Source: Mobula hypostoma
Taxonomy: Eukaryota
Direction of reading: 5' to 3'
Assembly (NCBI RefSeq): GCF_963921235.1
Contig: NC_086097.1
Location: 81,098,001 to 81,162,000, forward strand
Length of the DNA stretch: 64,000 nt
A program made the position numbers and the translations under genes. Below are positions 51,151 to 60,875 of this stretch, one piece after another. The stretch's first letter is position 1. Each line of letters begins with the position of its first letter. The notes under the pieces were generated by a model. That model made no database searches and was not told where the DNA came from. It saw nothing but the letters and a program-made list of their open reading frames with translations.

Positions 51151-51953
51151 CAGTGAATTCTGGTTAATCTGGTCTCATCAGGACCAGCACATTTCAGTCC
51201 AATTAAGCGACTGCCCCAATTGGCCAAAGTTTCATGGAAATAGTTAGAAAGGTATAAAAAATACTCGAGCTGAGTAACAAATTATATATTTCAATGAAAT
51301 ACAGATCAAATTAGAACACTATCATAACTACTATAGTACTATAATACTGTGTATTAGCTCCTAATAGTTGTTGACAAAGGAATTAATTCAGTATTTGCTG
51401 ACGAATTCTTTTGATTGATCGTAAATGAACAAACTCAGTGCAGACACCTAGTGCAGATAGTGAACTGTGTTTGACAATTGCTTCCGCCGAAGCTTCATTC
51501 TAATTGTAGCATTCAAGATGATTGTCGATATCTTCAAATTCTTCATAATTTCTAACTTATTGAAGCAGCGAAATCATATCATTTTCACTCCTGGCCATTT
51601 CTGGCATCTCAAAGTCTGAATGCTTGAAACTACAGTGAGCAAAATAGTTAATGCTTATAACACGACAACTACAGGTGACAAAAATCACTGCTTTTTGAAC
51701 ACAAACTTGCAAATGACTCTATCTAAAAACTGTTTACTCTAAGCGCAGTGCAGTGTCTAGCAGCCACATGACATGCACGCGATTGACGCTAGTTAGAAAA
51801 TGTTGGGCGGCAGTCGCCAATTAATCAGCATATTGTCCCAAGAAAACAAAGGGGGTCACAGCAATTTGCTGGAGTTGGCTTTGTTCTTCAAGCATTGCTC
51901 CATATAAGTGACTGCCCCGAATAACTGATCGTGCAATTATGCAGAGTCCATTG
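51151..51953. mobile_element. Tigger/pogo-type non-autonomous DNA transposon
   Basis: TA-CAGTGAATTCTGGTTAAT ... ATTATGCAGAGTCCATTG-TA imperfect TIRs; internal minus-strand acidic remnant NYEEFEDIDNHLECYN. Confidence 0.75.
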
Positions 51954-53185
51954 TATTCCCATTTGGAACCACAGCAGCTGAAATCTGCAACCACGGTCAC
52001 AGGTATTTCAGTAAGCAACATTGCTTCAAGATGTTGTAAAATCTATTGAACTTTAAAACCAGCAAACTGTGTACAGCAGACCACTCAGGTAGCCAGGGCG
52101 GTTTCCATTATTTAAGGAAGCACGGTTACCACGCAGGTAAAAATGAAATGCAGGCCCTGAGGGCTCCACTCCCTACTTAATATACAGACCCTGGAAACTA
52201 AAATTGAACATCTCAGAGCAGGACTACAGAACCAAAGGGACATCAGAGGCTGCTGTGTACTCTGTCTCACAGAGACATGACTCATACCCTTAGCAGTGGT
52301 GCAGCCCAAGTGTTTCACCATCTATTATGTGGTCTGGACGACGGAATCAGATAAAGGCAGAGATGGTAGAGTTTGCTTCATGATTAACTTATCTTGGTGT
52401 ACAAATATGGCAGTTCTGACTCAGTCCTGTTCCCTGACCTGGCAGTCAGGTGTCGTCCATTGCCTCTGCCGAGGGTGTTCTTCATCGTCACCCTCCACAC
52501 TCAGCCAAAATTAGGCTGACATTGTGATCGACAGTCATGAGACGGCGCCTCCTGGTGCCTTCCAGACCCCTGTGGCAGACTTCAACCAAGCCAGGTTGAA
52601 GAAGTCTCCAACCCAGTACCACCAAGATGTCACCTGTGAAACTGGAGTAGCCAACATACTTGCCCACTCTTACACCGCCCACAATAATGCTTACTATGCC
52701 ATCCCACAGCCATATTCATCAAGTCCAATTGCTTGGTTGTACATCTACTCCTAACATACAGACAAGGACTGATGTTAGCAGCACCAGTGGTGGGATCCAC
52801 AAAGGTATAGTCAAGGGTACAGCACTGACAGGAATGCTTCGAATCAGTGGACTGGATAATATTGATGGATTCATCTTTGGCTCTGAATGAATATGCCACA
52901 GTCAGCACTGACTTCATTGTGACTGTGTGGATGAAGGCGTGCCTTCAAGAACATACCAGACATACCCAAAATAGATATCCAATAATGAACCAGGAGATTT
53001 GCAGTCTACTGAAGTCTAGATCTGTGGCATTCAAGACTGGTGATCAAGAACTCTATACGAAAACCAAGTACAACCTACAGAAAACTATCATAAAAGTGAA
53101 AAAGCAATTTCTAGTGAAGTTGTAGATACAGTCAAATACACATCAACTGTGTCCTATATGGCGAAACATAACATTATAAATGGTT

Positions 53186-53380
53186 GCAACACACACAAAA
53201 TGCTGGAGGAACTCAGCAGGTCAGGCATCATCTATGGAAAAAGTACAGATGATGTTTTGGGCCAAGACCATTTCGCAGGACGCACTTCTTTCCCTAGATA
53301 CTGCCTGGTCTGCTGAGTTCCTCCAGGATTTTGTGTGTGTTGCTCGGATTTCCAGCTCCTGCAGATTTTTCTCCTGTTTG
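53186..53380. mobile_element. Fold-back mini-Penelope insertion
   Basis: GCAACACACACAAAATGCTGGAGGAACTCAGCAG.. is inverted against ..CTGCTGAGTTCCTCCAGGATTTTGTGTGTGTTGC; the host LINE reads through when the insert is removed (AATGGTTG|TGATGC). Confidence 0.85.
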
Positions 53381-54762
53381 TGATGCTTTACTCCCAATGA
53401 ACTCAACACCTTTGATGCATGCTTTGAAAGGGGAGAATAAAACTGTACCTGTGTGAATCCATGCAGTACCTGGCGACCCTATGCTATCTGCATTGGAGGT
53501 TGACGTTAGAACATCTTTCAAGAGAGTGAACTGTTACAGAGCCTCAGGCCCTGATGGTGCACCTGGCAAGGCACTGAAAGCTTATGCTAATCAACTGGCA
53601 GGAGTGTTCAAGGCCATCTTTAAGCTCTTAATACTGCAGTTAGAGGTTCCCAACTGCTTCAAAAGGGCATCAATTATACTGATGCCCAAGGAGAGAAAGG
53701 TGAAATGCCTCAACAAATATTGTCTGGTAGCACTCACATTAACTGTGATGAAGTGCTTTGATAGGTTGGTCATTGCTAGAATTAACTCCTGCCTAAGCAA
53801 CAACTTGGAGCCACTGCAATTGCCTTCCGTTTAAAGCATATGTAATCCCACTGGCTTCCCCCTCGGCCTTGGACCAGCTGGACAACAGTAATACCTACAT
53901 CAGGCCACTGTTTATTGATTACAGCTCAGTATTCAACATCATCATTCCTTTAGTACTAATCAATAAACTTCAAAACCTGGGCCCCTGTTCCACCCTCTGC
54001 AACCAGACTCTCAACGTCCTCATCGGAAGACCAGCCAATGCGGATCAGAAATAACATCTCTTCCTCCTTGACAGTCAACACGGGCGCACCTCAAGGATGC
54101 GTGTTCAGCCCGCTGCTCTACTCTCCCTGTTCCCTCTCTACTCTCTCTCTACACTCAGGACTGTGTGGATAGCCGCAGCCAAACACCATCTATATATTCA
54201 CCGATGTCACTGGTAGAATCTCTACAGAAGTGAGATGATCAGCTGGTTGAGTGGCATTGCAACAACAACTTTACACTCAGCATCAGTAAGACCAAGGAAT
54301 TGATTGTGTACTTCAAGAAGGGGAAGTTGTGAGAACACACACACCCGTCCTCATCAAATGGTCAGCAGTGGAAAGAGTGAGCAGCTTCAAGCTCCTGGGT
54401 ATCAACATCAGAAAGGATTTACCCTGGGCCCAAATATTGATGCACTCATGAAGCAGGACTCCAGTGGTTATACTTCATTAGGAGTATGAGGAGATTTGGT
54501 ATGTCACTAAAGGATGGAGAACATTCTGACTGTTTGCATTACTATCTAGTACAGAGGCTCCAGGATTGAAAACAAACATGCAGACAGTTGTAGATTCAGC
54601 CAGCTCCATCATGGACATTACCTTCCCCATCACTGAGAACATCTTCAAAAGGCAATGCCTCAAAAAGGTGGCATCCATCATGAAGGATCTTCACCATCCA
54701 GGCCATGCCCTCAGGTATTGGAGAGGAGGTCAAAAGCCTGGAGACTCACACTCAGCATTTTG

Positions 54763-56206
54763 GAAACATAGAAACATAGAAACATAGAAAATAGGTGCAG
54801 GAGTAGGCCATTCGGCCCTTCGAGCCTGCACCGCCATTTATTATGATCATGGCTGATCATCCAACTCAGAACCCAGCCTTCCCTCCATACCCCCTGACCC
54901 CTGTAGCCACAAGGGCCATATCTAACTCCCTCTTAAACATAGCCAATGAACTGGCCTCAACAGTTTGCTGTGGCAGAGAATTCCACAGATTCACCACCCT
55001 CTGTGTGAAGAAGTTTTTCCTAATCTCGGTCCTAAAAGGCTTCCCCTCTATCCTCAAACTGTGACCCCTCGTTCTGGACCTCCCCAACATCGGGAACAAT
55101 CTTCCCGCATCTAGCCTGTCCAATCCCTTTAGAATCTTATACGTTTCAATCAGATCCCCCCTCAATCTTCTAAATTCCAACGAGTACAAGCCCAGTTCAT
55201 CCAGTCTTTCTTCATATGAAAGACCTGCCATCCCAGGAATCAATCTGGTGAATCTTCTTTGTACTCCCTCTATGGCAAAGATGTCTTTCCTCAGATTAGG
55301 GGACCAAAACTGCACACAATACTCCAGGTGTGGTCTCACCAAGGACTTGTACAACTGCAGTAGTACCTCCCTGCTCCTGTACTCGAATCCTCTTGCTATA
55401 AATGCCAGCATACCGTTCGCCTTTTTCACCGCCTGCTGTACCTGCATGCCCACTTTCAATGACTGGTGTATAATGACACCCAGGTCCCGTTGCACCTCCC
55501 CTTTTCCTAATCTGCCACCATTCAGATAATAATCTGTTTTCCTATTTTTGCCACCAAAGTGGATAACTTCACATTTATCCACATTAAATTGCATCTGCCA
55601 TGAGTTTGCCCACTCACCCAACCTATCCAAGTCACCCTGCATCCTCCTAGCATCCTCCTCACTGCTAACACTGCCACCCAGCTTCGTGTCATCCGCAAAC
55701 TTGGAGATGCTGCATTTAATTCCCTCATCCAAGTCATTAATATATATTGTAAACAACTGGGGTCCCAGCACTGAGCCTTGCGGTACCCCACTAGTCACCG
55801 CCTGCCATTCTGAAAAGGTCCCGTTTATTCCCACTCTTTGCTTCCTGTCTGCTAACCAATTCTCCACCCACACCAATACCTTACCCCCAATACCGTGTGC
55901 TTTAAGTTTGCACACTAATCTCCTGTGTGGGACCTTGTCAAAAGCCTTTTGAAAATCCAAATATACCACATCCACTGGTTCTCCCCTATCCACTCTACTA
56001 GTTACATCCTCAAAAAATTCTATGAGATTTGTCAGACACGATTTTCCTTTCACAAATCCATGCTGACTTTGTCCGATCATTTCACCGCTTTCCAAATGTG
56101 CTGTTATCACATCCTTGATAACTGACTCCAGCAGTTTCCCCACCACCAACGTTAGGCTAACCGGCCTATAATTCCCCGGTTTCTCTCTCCCTCCTTTTTT
56201 AAAAAG
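54763..56206 (-). mobile_element. Young 5'-truncated CR1 LINE
   Basis: Perfect (GAAACATA)3 tail, intact 3' UTR, uninterrupted RT frame. Confidence 0.97.
54866..56149 (-). CDS. CR1 ORF2 reverse transcriptase C-terminal portion (427 aa, truncated copy)
   Basis: QHGFVKGKSCLTNL, YLDFQKAFDKVPH, SGVPQGSVLGP, SKFADDTKL, RDLGV, RPHLEYC, RRLRGDL. Confidence 0.95.
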   Translation of the reverse strand: MVVGKLLESVIKDVITAHLESGEMIGQSQHGFVKGKSCLTNLIEFFEDVTSRVDRGEPVDVVYLDFQKAFDKVPHRRLVCKLKAHGIGGKVLVWVENWLADRKQRVGINGTFSEWQAVTSGVPQGSVLGPQLFTIYINDLDEGIKCSISKFADDTKLGGSVSSEEDARRMQGDLDRLGEWANSWQMQFNVDKCEVIHFGGKNRKTDYYLNGGRLGKGEVQRDLGVIIHQSLKVGMQVQQAVKKANGMLAFIARGFEYRSREVLLQLYKSLVRPHLEYCVQFWSPNLRKDIFAIEGVQRRFTRLIPGMAGLSYEERLDELGLYSLEFRRLRGDLIETYKILKGLDRLDAGRLFPMLGRSRTRGHSLRIEGKPFRTEIRKNFFTQRVVNLWNSLPQQTVEASSLAMFKRELDMALVATGVRGYGGKAGF

Positions 56207-56718
56207 TTCTTCTCCTTCGCCATCAGGTTCCTGTACGGTCTATAAACCCCTGAACATTACCATGAACAGTTTGCTCTTTTTTGTACTATTTATTTGTTTT
56301 TTTAATACTGATTTCTGTAACTTAGTAATTTTTATGTATTGCACTGTACTGCTGCTACAAAACAACAAATTTCACAACCTGATTCTGATTATGATTCTGG
56401 AATTTCAAATTATGGACCTCACTGGGATACTCTATTCAAAGTAATTGCTTGCTAACAACAGTCCAAGAATCTGCGACAACAGTTTGTAATTAATGTGAAT
56501 AATATGTTAAATGCCTGAAAGAATTTTCAATGGGAGACCATGCTACAAATAGCCAGCAGATATCTGAGCAGAAGAAATGTGCACTTTCTCTCTCTCTAAA
56601 GCTAGCCCACTACTGTATGAAATGCAAATGTGAACTCACAAATTATTTGGTGAGAAAAATCCTTTAATATAAAAACGAGACTTGTATATTTCCAGTTCCT
56701 TAATATTGTTATAACCAG

Positions 56719-57056
56719 GGGTAGTAGTGAGGATAAGCTCCCACTACCTATTAAATACTCCCAATGGTGTGCATCTCAAATAACCTCTGACAACTAAGTC
56801 AAACTCCTGGCTTTCATGTGTAGCTTAGCTACTCAGTCCAGCGGAACTGTTTCTACTGACGAGAGAAGGGGTAAAGGAGGGTTCCGGGTGACTTAAAACC
56901 AGTCACTTTGTGCAGATGGAACTTGTCAGCCATGGTCAGCAGCTTACCTAGGAGAAAGAAAACTCTAGTCTCAGACCTCTGTTGCCTTGTGGCTATACCC
57001 ACTCATGGGGATGGCTTTGGGAGTAAACCCTGATGAAAAATCTACAGCTAGAGTCC
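56719..57056 (+). mobile_element. Structured interspersed repeat resembling an RTE-clade 5' UTR
   Basis: GC-richer block with several short hairpins (GGTAGT/ACTACC; GTGACT/AGTCAC). Family assignment is from memory only. Confidence 0.4.
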
Positions 57057-57639
57057 GCTTTTTTTTTGAAAATCAAAAGAAAACTGCCAATGCTGTTTAA
57101 CTGAAATAAAAAAAACAGAAAATGCTGGCAAAGCTCAGCAGACAAGACAGCATCTAAAATATTGACTAGTTCTCTTTCCATTAGTGTCACTCACCTCGTG
57201 AGTTTGACCAGCATTTTTTGCTTATATTCCAGATTCCATTTTTCTTTTGTTTAGATTTCAGTTTTTTTCAATGACATCCAGCCAATTGACAATGCAAATA
57301 ATCACAAGTAAAATATTCCCATGGCTACAAATGACCTGGTATAATTTTACAGGGTCTAGGCTGAGGAAATACAGTCTTACCTCAACACACAGTCATAAGA
57401 GCGAAACTCAGTTGGAGCATTTCATCTTTCAGAGCTGGGCTGTCAAATCCTAGTGGAAACAAAAAAACAACATGAAACTCTATTCCATATGTCCAAGGAC
57501 ACTGTTACTTAGTTACTGGCAACATAAAAAGGGCTTGTGCTCACTTGTAACTTTTCCTATAAAAAACATGTTTACAACAATGACTCAGATGTTAACTGAC
57601 TTAAAGGAAAAAATTTTAAGTCTGATGGTGCTCAACACA

Positions 57640-58385
57640 GAGTGAAGAATGACCAGGTAAATTACCTGAGTAATAGGCCCAGGCATGGGGAGTGAGGGCA
57701 GATCTTCAAAAAGGCTTCAGTAAGAAACCAAAGGTGAGGACAGGTAAGGTTTTATTTTGCTGTTGATCCTTAATACTTGATTCAGTGGAGACAGGGTGGT
57801 AGATAGGACAGTGGAACACTTCTCCTGCAAGGTGTGGGAAGTCAAGGCATCTCATGGACTCCCTGATGTCTACATCTGTAGGAAGTGCACCCGAGTGCAG
57901 CTCCCAACAGACAAGGTAAAACCTGGAAAGCTGAGTTCAGGTGTTCTGAATTCAGGTTTCCTATAAAAAACATGTTTTTTTATAGGAAAAGTTAACAGTC
58001 TTTTAAGTTAACAGCTGAATTCAGGTTTCCTATAAAAAACATGTTTTTTATAGGAAAAGTTAACAGTCTTTTCCCATGATTGGAAAGTCCAACACCAGGA
58101 GGCACAGATTTAGGGTGAAAGGGGAAAAGAGTTAGAAGGGACCTAAGGGACAACTTTATCCAGGCAGAAGGTGGTGAGAATATGGATTGAGATGCCAGAT
58201 GAAGTGGTTGATGTAGGTACAATAGTATCATTTAAAAAAAAACACTGGGAAATTATGTCGGGGCAGGGCTTAGTGATGTGACCAAGCACAAGCAATTGGG
58301 ACTAGGTGGTTGGGCACCTGGTCAACAGGGACTCTTTAGGCTGACTGGATTGGACTGTATCATGCAGTATTGCTCTACAACTCTA
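57640..58385 (+). mobile_element. Internally deleted CR1: ORF1 N-terminus joined to the 3' end through a palindromic filler
   Basis: SCKVWEV..PDVYICRKCTRVQL (ORF1 zinc-finger-like) at ~57810-57915; CR1 3' region from ~58060. Confidence 0.7.
57946..58072. repeat. Tandem duplication of a ~58-bp unit containing a 32-bp palindrome
   Basis: Units 57946-58004 and 58015-58072. TTTCCTATAAAAAACATGTTTTTTATAGGAAA is perfect at 58026-58057 and has one extra T at 57957-57989. Confidence 0.95.
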
Positions 58386-60050
58386 AATAGGCAGAAGAAT
58401 CAAAATTATTTGGCTGGCTCGTTTTGCAAACTCCTATTCATCAGCCAATTAAAATCATCAGATTATATTACAATATTATCTTTATTAACCATGAGCCATC
58501 AAATGCCAAGGTTTAAGATGACAGCAAATGCAAATTGAGTAAGTAAAGTGAAGCTTTGTTCAAGGTAGCAAAAGTTTATCATCTTTTGCCATTGCTGAAC
58601 TTCGGCTCATGGTCCAGTGAGAACTAACTAACTAATTTAGTCACCAGCTTCCAAATCTATGAAATGCAAAGCACAAAGAATCCAATTTTCTAGTAATAGG
58701 GACTATTTGTCTAGACTGTATCAATAAGCCAAGCCATCTGATTAGCCTCTTAATTAATGCAGGCAAGAATATTGCACATAGCCCATGAACAGCTGAATTA
58801 TTTCAGGTTCCCACAATGGCAATTATGCTTCTTTGAAATCTATGGTAGACAGTTGTCTTTAGCACTTTCAACTCTGTTCTGTGAGAGCTACTGTCAAAAA
58901 CAGCTTAGCATATGGGAATCAAGTCAATATTCTTAATACTAGACCTAGGTGATGTCCACTAAGAATGTGCTTACTTAATCCAGTTCACCAAATAATGCTG
59001 TTTGGCAAAAAAAGATTGCATCAGAGTACTTCATCAGCAACAAGTCTGAGCCTAACACTCTTCCTCCCAGTTAATTTTCATTCCTGGCAACATCCATCCA
59101 CCTTGCAACTTGAGCTGGATGAGGCACAAGAGGCTATTCCACTGAACAAAACAACAAAGCAAAATTTGATGGACACAGATTTTAAAATTATGCAATTCTA
59201 ACTTGCACAGAGATATAGCGTAACTGCTGATTCAGCAAGATTTTGATTAATTGGAGGCTGATCAAACCCTGTTAATTTATTTTGCACACTAAGAATACTT
59301 GCATCTACTTATGAGCAGCAAACCATAGGCAGGAGCAAGGTAGAAGACACATTGGGACAGATGGTTGAAGTGTGTGCATTTTAAAGGGGATGGGGGGGCA
59401 GGTGCACTCTCAATCAGGGACAATATCACAGTTGCACTCAGTTGGGACATAACAGAGGGCTCCATCCACAGAGAGATGCAATCACTCTGGTGCAATTATG
59501 CTACAGATATCTCGATAGTCACATGGTCCTGGAGGATCACTGTTTCGTTTTTACTGTGTACTGTACCAGCAGTTATGGTTGAAATGACAATAAAGGCGAC
59601 TTGACTTGACTTGACTCGACTTAACAATGAGTAACAAATATCCAGGTAGATTAGGGGAAGGTGTGAAAAGTAACAGGATTTTTGTCATGGGTGACTTCAA
59701 TTTCCCTAATATAGACTGGGATCTCCTTTCTGTAAAGAAGTTTAGACAGAGCAGAAATAGATAGGTGAAGAACAGTATATAGATAGTCCAACCAGAGAAG
59801 GGGCTAATACTGCACCTGGTGTTCATGAGCCTTGCCATTGAGCTTTCATTGGGAGAACAGTTCAGGAACAGTAATCACAAATCCTTAAGTTTTAAGATAG
59901 TGAGAGTTAAAAATGAATATGGGCCTGGCAGGAAAATATTAAATTGGAGCAGGGCAAATTACAAGAGTATTGTAACCTGGGAGAGTTAATTGGAACAACC
60001 ATTTTGGGGGCAAGTCCACATCTGATATGAAGAGCATTTAAAGACCAACT

Positions 60051-60130
60051 ATGGGAGTTCCCAACCTAGGGTCCAGATACCCCTTGCTTGATGGTATTGG
60101 TCCATGGCATAAAAAAGGTTGGGAACCCTG
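60051..60130. mobile_element. Short hAT-like MITE
   Basis: Inverted termini GTTCCCAACCT / AGGTTGGGAACCCTG around a ~45-bp spacer. Confidence 0.7.
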
Positions 60131-60503
60131 AACAACAGAGTACAAAACAGATATGTTCTAGTAAGAATAAAGGACAAGGATGGCAAGTTAAGCGAACTTC
60201 AGATGTCGAGAGAGGTGATGAATTCAGTCAAGTAAATGGAAGCATAAGTATATTAGGAAAACCATGAGAGCACAGAATTAAAGACAATCCCAAGGCATTC
60301 AGAATGGTTAGGACCCCCCCCCCCCCACCAAAGGATAAAGGATGAATAATATGCCTGGAGGCAGAGGATTAGAGTGAGGACCTAAATGAGTACTTTGCAT
60401 CAGTATTTACCAAGGAAAAGACATGGAGACTAGGAACATCAACGTGAAGCATCGTACTTTGCTTGGGCATTTCTGGATAAAGGAGGAGGTAGCGAAGCAG
60501 GAA

Positions 60504-60637
60504 AGTCCCGATGAAGGGTCTCAGCCCGAAACATCAACTGTTTACTCTTTTCCATAGATGTTGCCTGCCCTCTGAGTTCCTTCAGTATTTTGTGTGTGTT
60601 GCTTGGATTTCCAGCATCCGCAGATTTTCTCGTTTGT
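60504..60637 (+). mobile_element. Penelope pseudo-LTR unit with mutated hammerhead
   Basis: AGTC-CCGATGA-AGGGTCTCAGCCC-GAAA-CATC-AACT followed by the standard 3' unit. Confidence 0.85.
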
Positions 60638-60760
60638 AAAGAATGGGGGTATGTTGGATCTCTTAAAGAACACGAAGGTGGATAGTGGTCAATAGAACTT
60701 ATTCTGGCTAGAGGTCTGTGGTGCTCCACCTGGATCCAGTCTGGGACTTCTGCTGTTTGT

Positions 60761-60829
60761 TACATATATATATACACACACACACACACATATATATACA
60801 CATATATATACACATGTATATGCATATAT

Positions 60830-60875
<46 letters not shown>
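60761..60875. repeat. Compound (CA)n/(TA)n microsatellite
   Basis: Alternating purine-pyrimidine run of about 115 bp. Confidence 0.95.

Larger units (their letters stand above)
52125..56399 (+). mobile_element. Near full-length decayed Rex1/Babar LINE, interrupted by a mini-Penelope (53186-53380) and a young CR1 (54763-56206)
   Basis: GRVCFMINLSWCTN, ADFNQARLKK, RASGPDG..VPNCFKRASII, FIDYSSVFNIIIP; resumes at 56207 and ends in a (GATTCT)n tail. Confidence 0.9.
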
